This document shows, in pieces, positions 1 through 8,506 of a stretch of DNA of 26,338 nt. The first letter of the stretch is position 1; every line of letters starts with the position of its first letter. Both the position numbers and the translations under genes were made by a program. The notes beneath the pieces are model-generated. The model was not told the origin of the DNA. It saw only the letters and a list, made by a program, of their open reading frames with translations, and made no database searches. Origin of the DNA: Planctomycetota bacterium (GTDB lineage: Bacteria > Planctomycetota > UBA8108 > UBA1146); NCBI GenBank assembly GCA_036338595.1, contig JAYZBV010000040.1, positions 1 to 26,338 of the forward strand, given 5' to 3'.

Positions 1-37
1 GGCGCCGCACCGGTTCGATGTGAACGGGTGCGGCGCC
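1..37 (-). terminator. GC-rich hairpin just downstream of the 56..2677 gene; probable intrinsic terminator (any U-tract would lie off the left edge)
   Basis: GGCGCCGCACC(1-11)-G-GTTC-GATGT-GAAC-G-GGTGCGGCGCC(27-37): 11-bp perfect stem plus a 4-bp inner stem, 18 nt past the stop codon. Confidence 0.6.
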
Positions 38-55
38 TGTGGAACTCGACACCCC

Positions 56-2677
56 TTATCCCCCCTGTGGGCCGCTGTCGTTACCTTCGCAGGCGGGGAA
101 GTACTCACACCCGAGATTGCCGGAGGTCTCATCGACCCCGCACTGTTGATACGGCGGCCATGGCGATGGCCCGCCGCCAAAGAGTGCCTCGAGGCTGAAG
201 ATGGTGTCCCCAATATCGACCGTCTCGTCATCATTACTATCGAGCGCGACCAAGCACGGCACCGATTGGCCCTGGAACAGGTAGTCGAGGCTGCCGATCA
301 CATCGGAGATGTCGAAGGCTCCATCGGAGTTAGCATCGCCACGCAGAAACTCGGGTGGGGGAGGTGCGAAGGGAATCACGCAGCAGCCCTGTTCGACGAA
401 GTCGCCAACCGCCGGATCGAAGCAGTGGAGACACCAGGTTCCTGACATGCTGCTCAGGTTGTCGATAGTACTCAGGATCTGCGCTGAGCCTGCGTTGGGA
501 TCCACTGACATGTATTTGACGCCATCGAGATAAACGGTCATCTCCAAACAGCAGTCTGCTATCGGCGGACTCCAGAAAATCTCGACATCGAGAACTGCAT
601 CGCCATCGAAGTCCTCGCTTAGTGTGCATCCCTCCACCAAGACACAGGGCTCGGTATCCCCGCCCGGAATCGTGATGCAATGAACAATGCCGCAGCATTC
701 ATTGAGGGTGGCATCGTGCATGGTGATCTGGAAACAGATCTCAGCGCCCGGTTGCGCGCCGGAGATGGTGGTCGACAGGGTGATCTGATCGCCATCCATC
801 AAGGTGCCGAGATCGTGCCATTCGTTGGAAATGGTGACTCCCGGTGGACTGATCACGCTCATGAACAGGTGGCCCGCCACGGTCGGAGCCAACCCGCCCA
901 GGTTGGTCACGGTAAATGTGTACTGGGGATCTCCAGTGGCCGCATCGAAGGTGATCGATTCCTCGCTGATGTCCATGCAACAAGCCGGTAACTCGACACA
1001 GACCTCGGTTCCGCAGCATTCAAAGAGGTTGCCGTCATCATCCTTGGCCAGCAGGCCGACCGGAATGCAGACGATGTCGCCAGCAATTCCTCCGTTGAGG
1101 AAGATCTGAACACCGGTCAAGGTATCACCATTTGGAAGAGGTACGGCCAGGTCGATGATATTCGGAGAGACGGAAACACCTCCGACAAGCCCTGGAATGA
1201 CCAGCTTGGTGACATCAAAACCGGAGTTGTTGACGACATCAAAGGTCACGGTGAACTCGTCACCAGTTGTGGCGGAACCGCACAAGATGGTGGGGTTTTC
1301 GGTCGAACAACCGCTACATGCGTTTGTTGTTCGGTAGCACTCAACATCGAAAACAAAGTACTTATCGGCCGCACTATTCGGACTGCAGTCGTTGTCTACC
1401 AGGTAACTATTGGACATGAAGGGAGCTACGGGTGCAGAACCCGTTGAGGGCATCAGTGCGCTACCATAAATAACCTGTGGACCGAATTGCAGGGCATCTC
1501 CGGTAGCCCAGACATTTCCCTCTGAGTCAAAATCGACCCCACCCGTTGAATTGGTTCCGCCGAATGTGGTGGCGCCGATCCTAAATTTGTCGACGGAACT
1601 CATTGCCCATGCACCAGCACTACCCGTGCATTCGAGTACCCTGGAAGCATGCGCCGAAGCCGTCCAATCGGTGCCAGTTGGGGATGTGGAGAGTACCCGA
1701 GCGCATCTTTGTGCAAGCATCATTCTTGTTCCACAGTAAAACGAGATATCTGTAATGGGCCACTGGAAGAAACTAGTCCCGGCGTTTTGGATCGCCGGAA
1801 CCAAGACTTCTAATTGTGGCGAATCCACCAAGAACGAGCCGTCGACAGGACTGATCTCGATCGACCAGATCTGAGTTTCGGTACCGGCTCCTGTAGTGTT
1901 GACCGCATTGGTCATCGAGACGGAGTAATAAAGTCGATTCTCTGGTTCGTTGACTCCTAATCCCCAGACTCTACGTCCAATAGGGGTGAGTTCGTTACCA
2001 TCACCTGGAACCGGCAAATAGCCCCCAAGCGGTCCGCCGTTGTTTCCATGATCGAAGGTGTCAATAATTCCACCACCAGGGACATCCAAAGCAGTCAACA
2101 ATCCATCATCTAGATTACTGACGTAAATCACTTCCACCCCGGAAGAAAGAGTGACGTGGTCAATCTGACCGAGTGCGGCGGTGTCACCGGAAACAAGTGC
2201 AGCGAAAGGATCGATGTTGCCGTTTGCTCCATTCAGTTTGTAAATGCCACCTCCACCTAGGACCCCGAGAGTATTCAGACAACCTGGAAAGGGACCCGGA
2301 AGCGCAGTAGCGCTGACATAGATATTCGGTGGGCTTGCGTTGTCCAGGGTGATGCCAAAAACTTGGCCAAGATTGTCGCCAGTCCAAGCATTTGGATCTC
2401 CCGGATTGGTTCCCGTGCCCGGTCCACAATATCTTACAGGCGCCCAATTGAGGTCGGTGCCGGGAGCATTGATCGCGGGATCGCGGGTATCAAATATGCC
2501 TACTACATAGTTGTCGGGATCGAGGCAACTAAACCATGTGGACGCGATCATTCCAGGTTCCATGTCCATGTGCCCGGGAGGCGTTGGACACTGACCAGGA
2601 GCAGGAGTCGACAGGAAAGAGAGAATCAAAACCAACACAAGAGGACTACCCAGAACTGATGGACGAATGCACAACAT
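56..2677 (-). CDS. Secreted modular protein: signal peptide, large beta-propeller-like N-terminal domain, two Cys-flanked Ig-like repeats, beta-rich linker domain, C-terminal dockerin with Cys/Pro tail
   Basis: 873-aa ORF; GAGGAGG Shine-Dalgarno upstream of the ATG; hydrophobic leader ending APG|Q; paired Ca-binding loops DANSDGAFDISD and DSNDDETVDIGD after FLRG; collinear paralog of 5322..7982. The propeller and Ig fold calls are inference from residue patterns. Confidence 0.85.
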   Translation of the reverse strand: MLCIRPSVLGSPLVLVLILSFLSTPAPGQCPTPPGHMDMEPGMIASTWFSCLDPDNYVVGIFDTRDPAINAPGTDLNWAPVRYCGPGTGTNPGDPNAWTGDNLGQVFGITLDNASPPNIYVSATALPGPFPGCLNTLGVLGGGGIYKLNGANGNIDPFAALVSGDTAALGQIDHVTLSSGVEVIYVSNLDDGLLTALDVPGGGIIDTFDHGNNGGPLGGYLPVPGDGNELTPIGRRVWGLGVNEPENRLYYSVSMTNAVNTTGAGTETQIWSIEISPVDGSFLVDSPQLEVLVPAIQNAGTSFFQWPITDISFYCGTRMMLAQRCARVLSTSPTGTDWTASAHASRVLECTGSAGAWAMSSVDKFRIGATTFGGTNSTGGVDFDSEGNVWATGDALQFGPQVIYGSALMPSTGSAPVAPFMSNSYLVDNDCSPNSAADKYFVFDVECYRTTNACSGCSTENPTILCGSATTGDEFTVTFDVVNNSGFDVTKLVIPGLVGGVSVSPNIIDLAVPLPNGDTLTGVQIFLNGGIAGDIVCIPVGLLAKDDDGNLFECCGTEVCVELPACCMDISEESITFDAATGDPQYTFTVTNLGGLAPTVAGHLFMSVISPPGVTISNEWHDLGTLMDGDQITLSTTISGAQPGAEICFQITMHDATLNECCGIVHCITIPGGDTEPCVLVEGCTLSEDFDGDAVLDVEIFWSPPIADCCLEMTVYLDGVKYMSVDPNAGSAQILSTIDNLSSMSGTWCLHCFDPAVGDFVEQGCCVIPFAPPPPEFLRGDANSDGAFDISDVIGSLDYLFQGQSVPCLVALDSNDDETVDIGDTIFSLEALFGGGPSPWPPYQQCGVDETSGNLGCEYFPACEGNDSGPQGG

Positions 2678-2972
2678 CTAAACCCTCCTCACGAAGCCAG
2701 ATTGCGAACTAGAATTGACTCTCACCAGAACGGCGAAGACGATGGCGATCAGCGGGCAGATTTCCCGCAGACGGGGCATCGAGCCCCGGCCGAGCGGCCA
2801 AGGTGTTCAGTCGTTTCCTGTAAGAGATCTCAGAGCCGTTGTCGGCATTGTACGAAGCAATTTTGTTCGACCCACAACAATATGGGCCCTCCACCCGGTG
2901 TTTGAATACGCGAATGACTGACTTGTAATGAGCATCGGGTGTTCAATACGCAACTTCGCCCAACTGGGTAGT

Positions 2973-3006
2973 AAAAAGCGGCCGCCCCCCGCAGGGAACG
3001 GCCGCT
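2973..3006 (-). terminator. Rho-independent terminator of the 3041..4174 gene
   Basis: Minus strand reads AGCGGCCGTTCCC-TGC-GGGGGGCGGCCGCT-TTTT: GC stem followed by a T run. Confidence 0.8.
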
Positions 3007-3067
3007 GTTGCTCGGTCTGGTTGTGTCTGCCTTCCAGCCGCTACGGACAGGGCGGGAAGGAGGCGCA
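3006..3067. repeat. 62-bp direct repeat, copy 1 (end of CDS, stop codon and 3'UTR of 3041..4174)
   Basis: Matches 4498..4559 at 57 of 62 positions by manual alignment. Confidence 0.9.
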
Positions 3068-4174
3068 TCCTAACGGATCGGTGGTCGGATCTGTTCCGCA
3101 ACCCGGGTAGGGCGCGGGTGGTGGGGGTCCGCCGATGAAGAGAAAGGACAATTTGAAGACGATATCGCCGATGTTGACCGCCCCGTCATCATTGATATCG
3201 GATGCGTCGTCGCAGGGACAGGATCCACTACCGATGAAGAGACACTGCAAGAGATTGATTACATCAGCGACATTGCAAATTCCATCTGCATTGGTGTCAC
3301 CCCGGATGAATTCCTGCAGCAATCCGGTGACTGTCGATCCAGCCTTGACCGGAGCAGAGACCACGGAGCAGCCGACCGTACTGCTCGATCTGGAGCAGAG
3401 AGCCACGGGCACAGGCATGATGCCGGCCATGTTTCCGAAGGTCAGGGCATGAACTCCTGGAGTCAGAACCTCGTATTGAACCACCGCAACCACATGAACG
3501 CCCGGAGTGTAACCGAACGCCCCGATCAGCGATGGAATGATATTGAGGTTCACCCCTGTGGGGTGCGTCTGAAAGATAAAGGAATCGGGTACCAGGGGGC
3601 CAGGAGCCACGCTACCGGAGACCATCTGCAACTCGGCAGGATCGTGGCAGAAACCGAAGGAGATGCCAGTAACCTCCTCTGTCGGGGGAACTGAAAGCTT
3701 TACCTCGACAGTGACGATGCTTCCAACGAGACCGCTGCCGCTTCCTACCGGAGAAATCTCCAGAAGAAAGCCAGGATTCAGGGTGTAACCGGGGAAGGAG
3801 ATGCAAGGAGCCGCACATCCGAGCGCATCGGGAGTGGGATCGGGCCCGCACGCGGGGAAGGGAGCGGGCAGCAGGGATGATGTGATGCCGCTGTTCAGGT
3901 TGTCTATCACGTCTAGGAGATTGAGCACCCCGTCGTCATTGGCATCTGCGCCATCTTCACAGGCGACCGTCGCACATCCCGCAAGGAGATTCTCGGTCAG
4001 CGCTACCACATCTCCGACATAGAAATTGGTGTCGCCATCGCCGTTGGCATCGCCACGGATGAAGTTCTGGGCAGAAGCTGGCGCAGGCAAGGCCACCAGC
4101 ATCGCCAGCAACAAGCAAAGGAAAGCCCCCCGTACTACTGGTGTCTGGGCGGTAGAAAAAGTACTCGAGTTCAT
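3041..4174 (-). CDS. Secreted dockerin-cohesin-dockerin protein (adaptor/scaffoldin-like)
   Basis: 377 aa; GGGAG SD; signal peptide ending ASA|Q; N-terminal dockerin FIRGDANGDG..DANDDGVLNLLD; central cohesin-like beta domain GSIVTVEVKL..VTGISFGFCHDPAELQ; C-terminal dockerin FIRGDTNADG..DINDDGAVNIGD. Confidence 0.8.
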   Translation of the reverse strand: MNSSTFSTAQTPVVRGAFLCLLLAMLVALPAPASAQNFIRGDANGDGDTNFYVGDVVALTENLLAGCATVACEDGADANDDGVLNLLDVIDNLNSGITSSLLPAPFPACGPDPTPDALGCAAPCISFPGYTLNPGFLLEISPVGSGSGLVGSIVTVEVKLSVPPTEEVTGISFGFCHDPAELQMVSGSVAPGPLVPDSFIFQTHPTGVNLNIIPSLIGAFGYTPGVHVVAVVQYEVLTPGVHALTFGNMAGIMPVPVALCSRSSSTVGCSVVSAPVKAGSTVTGLLQEFIRGDTNADGICNVADVINLLQCLFIGSGSCPCDDASDINDDGAVNIGDIVFKLSFLFIGGPPPPAPYPGCGTDPTTDPLGCASFPPCP

Positions 4175-4462
4175 GGAAGTCTCCCATCGGTTGGATTGTT
4201 TGCTGCCGGATCCCTCTTGAACTCTCGACCATCGCCACGACCTTCGTCGGGTAGGTCACCTGTCGAGTGATTCCGGATCGTCTTCTACGACAGATCCGAT
4301 CCCGATCGAGTCCCGGACCCGATTTTCAAGAATTGCAGACTGCTGCCCATCGAAGGCTCGATCGACCGCAGGAGAGGCGGGAGTGCTGGATTAACAATGG
4401 ATATTTGTAAGTGAAAAGATGCGGTGGCTGGTGGGGGCTGTCCGCCATGCGAGTTTCATGCG

Positions 4463-4495
4463 AAAAAAAGGGGCTGCCCCCATCAGGGGGCGACC
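4463..4495 (-). terminator. Rho-independent terminator of the 4533..5228 gene
   Basis: Minus strand GGTC-GCCCCC-TGAT-GGGGGC-AGCCCC-TTTTTTT. Confidence 0.8.
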
Positions 4496-4497
4496 GA

Positions 4498-4559
4498 TGT
4501 TGATCGGTCGAGTTGTGTCTGTCTTCCAGCCGCTAGGGACAGGGCGGGAAGGAGGCGCA
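4498..4559. repeat. 62-bp direct repeat, copy 2 (end of CDS, stop codon and 3'UTR of 4533..5228)
   Basis: Matches 3006..3067 at 57 of 62 positions. Confidence 0.9.
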
Positions 4560-5228
4560 GTCGAGGTTGTCGGGCGTTGGATCGGGGCCGCACTCTGGAT
4601 GGGGCGAAGGTGGAGGGGATCCACCGCTGAAGAGGTAAGATAATTTGCAGATGGCATCGGCGATGTTGACCTGGCCATCGTCATTACAGTCGCAAGCATC
4701 CATGCAGGAACAAAATCCACCCCCGAACAGAAATGTGAGCATGTTGATGGCGTCTCCGATGTCGCAACCGCCATCGCGATTGGAGTCACCTCGGATGAAG
4801 AGCACTTCGCAGATCGGCAACTCGAAACAGAATTCCGTTCCGCAGCATTCGAACTCTTCACCCAAGTCATCCTTGGAAATCAATCCGATAGGTAGGCAGA
4901 TCCCCGCACCAGGAGCCCCCCCTGTGAGATAAATTTCAACATCAGTCGCAATGTCACCCACCAAGATTGGAGGGATGAGATCTATGATGTTCGGGCTGAT
5001 ACCAAGCCCGCCGACATCGCCCGGGATGAAGAGTTTATGGACGACGAAGTTGGTATTGTTGATGACATCGAAAGTCACCGTGTAGTCGGCATTATTCACT
5101 GCGGAACCACATTCGATGGCCAAGTTCTCAATAGAACAGGAGTCGCCGCTGCCTCCCTGTGAGTATCCAGGGCTCACAAACAAGCTGAGCAATAGCAGTA
5201 GGGCGATGGAAAAATGGAAGTTCTTCAT
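4533..5228 (-). CDS. Small secreted protein: one Cys-flanked Ig-like domain plus C-terminal dockerin
   Basis: Start moved from 5309 to the ATG at 5228 (MKNFHFSIALLLLLSLFVSPGYS|Q is a typical signal peptide); the domain YTVTFDVINNT..HKLFIPG..FECCGTEFC is homologous to the first Ig-like repeat of the two large paralogs; dockerin FIRGDSNRDG. Confidence 0.85.
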   Translation of the reverse strand: MKNFHFSIALLLLLSLFVSPGYSQGGSGDSCSIENLAIECGSAVNNADYTVTFDVINNTNFVVHKLFIPGDVGGLGISPNIIDLIPPILVGDIATDVEIYLTGGAPGAGICLPIGLISKDDLGEEFECCGTEFCFELPICEVLFIRGDSNRDGGCDIGDAINMLTFLFGGGFCSCMDACDCNDDGQVNIADAICKLSYLFSGGSPPPSPHPECGPDPTPDNLDCASFPPCP

Positions 5229-5321
5229 GGAGTTAGTTCGTGGGCTTTCTTCATCGGGGGAGATTTTCGAGCGGCATCGATCTGGCTTCAGACCGATGCC
5301 GCTCGTCAAATTTTCAAGCCA

Positions 5322-7982
5322 TCAATCGTTTGCACTGATGCAAGCCGGGAAATCCTCACAATCGAGATCTCCTGGCGTGCCGTCGGTGCCGCAAGTCTGA
5401 TACGGAGGCCACGGCGATGGCCCACCTCCGAACAGAGCTTCCAGGCTGTAAATGCCATCGGCGATGTCGACGAAGTCATCATCATTTGCATCGAGAGCGA
5501 CCAGACACGGAACAGCCTCTGAAGCGAACAAGAAGTTCAGAGTCTGGACCACATCGGCGATGTCAAAAGAACCATCGGAATTACTGTCACCACGCAAGAA
5601 CTCGACCGGTGGAGGCAGCAACGGAGTGCACGTAACATCGCAACAAGCTTGTATCTGGAGAGTTCCGTCGGCAGCATTACATGCGATGCAGTACTGACCA
5701 TCGATGCAATCGACGGTGACAGAGCCTGCAAATGGATTTGCCGATCCGACAACGTTTCCATTGGAAAGGATGATCAGATCACCCGGGCAGCAATCGTCCG
5801 TGTTTGGTACGGGCCAACTGAGGAGGACATCCAGAACGCCATCGGCATTGGGATCTCCCAGTGGTTTACAGATCAGCGATGGAATGCAAGGTCCGGGCCC
5901 AGGTCCTTCCCCTGGCATCGTGATGCAATGAACGATACCGCAGCATTCGTTCAAAGTGGCGTCGTGAATGGTGATCTGGAAGCAGATTTCCTGGCCAGGC
6001 TGAGCGCCGATGATGACGGTAGAAAGTTGCGTCGAAGATCCGTCTCCAAGGCTGGGCAGAGCCTGCCATTCATCGGTAATGGTGACACCAGCGGGGCTGA
6101 TGACATCCATGAAGAGGTGATCCGCTACAGCAGGAGCTTCTCCAGCCAAGTTGGTCACGGTGAAGGTATATACGGAGTTGCCATCGGCATCCAATGTGAT
6201 GGTCTCGCCGGTGATTGACAGGCAGCAGGGGGGGATTTCAATGCATACCTCGGTGCCGCAACATTCGAAGAGTTCGCCCGCATCGTCCTTGGACATCAAG
6301 CTCATCGGAATGCAAACGAAATCGCCAGCGTTGCCTCCAGTCAGAGTTAGTTGAATACCAGTAGCTGTATCGCCATTGGCCAGCGGAGGAACCATGTCGA
6401 TGATGTTTGGTGAAACTCCGATGCCACCGACGAGACCCGGGATCAACAACTTGTGAACTTCGAAACCCGAGTCGTTGACGACATCAAAGGTGAGAGTGAA
6501 GTCTCCGGAATTGGTTTCTGATCCACAGAGAATGGTAGCATTTTCAGTTCTACAGCTAGTTCCACAGTTATTGCTGACAGGTCGACAGACTTCGACGTCA
6601 AATGGGAAGAACTTGTCCTGGCTACCGTCATTTACACAATCGTTATCGATCAGGTAGCTATCGATGGTAAATGGACAAGCCAGTCCTCCTCCGGTCGAAG
6701 GAACGATGGCGAATCCGTAAATCGAATCTGTAAAAGGGCAAGGGACTGCAGAGCTTCCGAAGTGTAGCGCGTCACCTGTAGCGACTACATTACCATCGGC
6801 ATCGAAATCAATTCCTCCAGAGGTATTTGCTCCGTTGCCATAACTACCGACGTTGAACTTGTCCACTGGGCTCATGGTCCACGCGAGATGAGCCCCAGTG
6901 AACTCAAGCGCTCGCGTATGATGTCCATTCGTCGCCCAGTTGACACCATTGAAAAAAGCACCCCTTTGTGTCACTACCATTCTGGTACCGCACTCAAAGG
7001 CGATGTCCGACACAGGGTTTTCCCACATCTGGTTGAACGATTCTAATGCGGGAATCGTGGCCTCAAGGGTGGCGCTTCCGGTTATGAATAGACCTGTAGT
7101 GGGGTCGACCTCCACTGACCAGATTTCATTGTCATTGAGCGGATCGGGTTCGTTTCCTAAAGGAGCGGTCAGCGTGGTTGTATTCCAGACAGCGTAGTAG
7201 AGACGATTTTCTGATTCGTTGATTCTCAATCCCCAGATTCGACGACCGGTAGCAGTAACTGTCACATCCGGATCGTCGGCGATGGGGGGAAGTCCCGCTG
7301 CATTGAGACCTTCAATGCCGTGATCGAATGTATCGGTAATCGTTCCTGCTGGTACCGACAGAGCGGTAATCAATCCATCGGAAAGATTGCTAACATAGAT
7401 CGTTTCGTTTCCAGAAGGGAATTGGACATGATCCAGTTGCCCTAGACCGGCTGAAGGATCGGAGACAAGAGAAGCAAAACCAGCGATCAGGCCAGTCCCG
7501 CCATCGAGTTTATAAATTCCACCCGGCCCCTGTGGTCCGAATAGAGCTCCCGAGCAACCAGGAAATGTCCCTGGCATTACGGTAGCGCTGACATAGATGT
7601 TGGGAGGTACGGAATCGTCGAGAGTGACTCCAAATACCTGACCTAGATTTGCAGCGGTCCACGCATCTGGATCGAGAGGATTGGTGCCTGTACCGGGTCC
7701 TGCGTATCGAGTTGGAGTCCAGAGAAGATCTGTCCCTGGAGCATTGAGAACTGGATCTCGCGTATCAAATACAGCCACAACATACTGATCTGGATCCATG
7801 CAGCCGAAGAAGGTCGACACTGACATCCCGGGCTCTATTGACATGTGACCTGGAGGAGTAGGGCACTGTGAAAACGACGACGTTGACGAAATTGAGAATG
7901 TCACGAGAAACAACAGAAGGCAGAAGAAATTCCGAAGGATGGTTTTACAGGTCATCGATGAACAGAGATGTGAAAATTTCAC
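5322..7982 (-). CDS. Secreted modular protein, paralog of 56..2677 (propeller-like domain, 2 Ig-like repeats, linker domain, dockerin)
   Basis: About 886 aa; the GTG at 7982 follows GAGGAAG (alternative starts 7997 or 7955); shares blocks such as QCPTPPGHM, NLGQVFG, PNIYVSAT, FECCGTEVC, HDATLNECCGIVHCIT and SLEALFGGGPSPWPPYQ with 56..2677. Confidence 0.85.
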   Translation of the reverse strand: MKFSHLCSSMTCKTILRNFFCLLLFLVTFSISSTSSFSQCPTPPGHMSIEPGMSVSTFFGCMDPDQYVVAVFDTRDPVLNAPGTDLLWTPTRYAGPGTGTNPLDPDAWTAANLGQVFGVTLDDSVPPNIYVSATVMPGTFPGCSGALFGPQGPGGIYKLDGGTGLIAGFASLVSDPSAGLGQLDHVQFPSGNETIYVSNLSDGLITALSVPAGTITDTFDHGIEGLNAAGLPPIADDPDVTVTATGRRIWGLRINESENRLYYAVWNTTTLTAPLGNEPDPLNDNEIWSVEVDPTTGLFITGSATLEATIPALESFNQMWENPVSDIAFECGTRMVVTQRGAFFNGVNWATNGHHTRALEFTGAHLAWTMSPVDKFNVGSYGNGANTSGGIDFDADGNVVATGDALHFGSSAVPCPFTDSIYGFAIVPSTGGGLACPFTIDSYLIDNDCVNDGSQDKFFPFDVEVCRPVSNNCGTSCRTENATILCGSETNSGDFTLTFDVVNDSGFEVHKLLIPGLVGGIGVSPNIIDMVPPLANGDTATGIQLTLTGGNAGDFVCIPMSLMSKDDAGELFECCGTEVCIEIPPCCLSITGETITLDADGNSVYTFTVTNLAGEAPAVADHLFMDVISPAGVTITDEWQALPSLGDGSSTQLSTVIIGAQPGQEICFQITIHDATLNECCGIVHCITMPGEGPGPGPCIPSLICKPLGDPNADGVLDVLLSWPVPNTDDCCPGDLIILSNGNVVGSANPFAGSVTVDCIDGQYCIACNAADGTLQIQACCDVTCTPLLPPPVEFLRGDSNSDGSFDIADVVQTLNFLFASEAVPCLVALDANDDDFVDIADGIYSLEALFGGGPSPWPPYQTCGTDGTPGDLDCEDFPACISAND

Positions 7983-8240
7983 GACACACTTCCTCACTAA
8001 TGCTATGCAATTAGTTTCTAGCTGGAAGCAGTCGACGAGAACTGCCAGCAGGGATGGAATTTAGAAAATTCCCGCAAGTAAACAGAACTACATTTGCGGG
8101 GATTTCGTCACCGAACAAGGGCGTGCAAACCCCTAGTTCAATGGTATGGACAAGTAAGGAGGAGCAGAGGTGAAAAATTTACCGATTCGTGGTGTGGGTC
8201 ATCCCTCATCGACCACCCATGACTGTTGAGCTAAAAATGT

Positions 8241-8470
8241 TCAGTTACACCCCGGAAGTGACTGACAGTCGAGGAAGTCGAAGATCGGATCAGTTCCGCA
8301 GTCGGGGAAGGGATCTGGCGGTGGGGGAACACCCGGGCAGAAGAGTGCACACAACACATTCACCGCATCGGTGATGGTGATGGTCGGGTCGAAAGTGGTC
8401 ACCGCCGGCGAGATGGTGGCGTTGCCATCTGGGTCGACAACTTCACCGGGCAGGAACAGCTTGTGGGCGT
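8241..8470 (-). pseudogene. Remnant of an Ig-like + dockerin gene, internally deleted, with no signal peptide or proper start
   Basis: Manual translation of the minus frame ending in TGA at 8243-8241: AHKLFLPGEVVDPDGNATISPAVTTFDPTITITDAVNVLCALFCPGVPPPPDPFPDCGTDPIFDFLDCQSLPGCN*. The first part matches HKLFIPGDV..ISPNII of 4533..5228; the second part is the last dockerin helix plus the Cys/Pro tail. Confidence 0.75.
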
Positions 8471-8506
8471 TGGCTGGCTGCGGTTGGTAGTGGCAGCAGT
8501 GACGAG

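Noticed and set aside
3006..4559. The 62-bp repeat pair as a DGR template/variable repeat, CRISPR unit or IS ends
   Set aside because: Only two copies; mismatches are not adenine-specific; no reverse transcriptase, cas or transposase gene in the window
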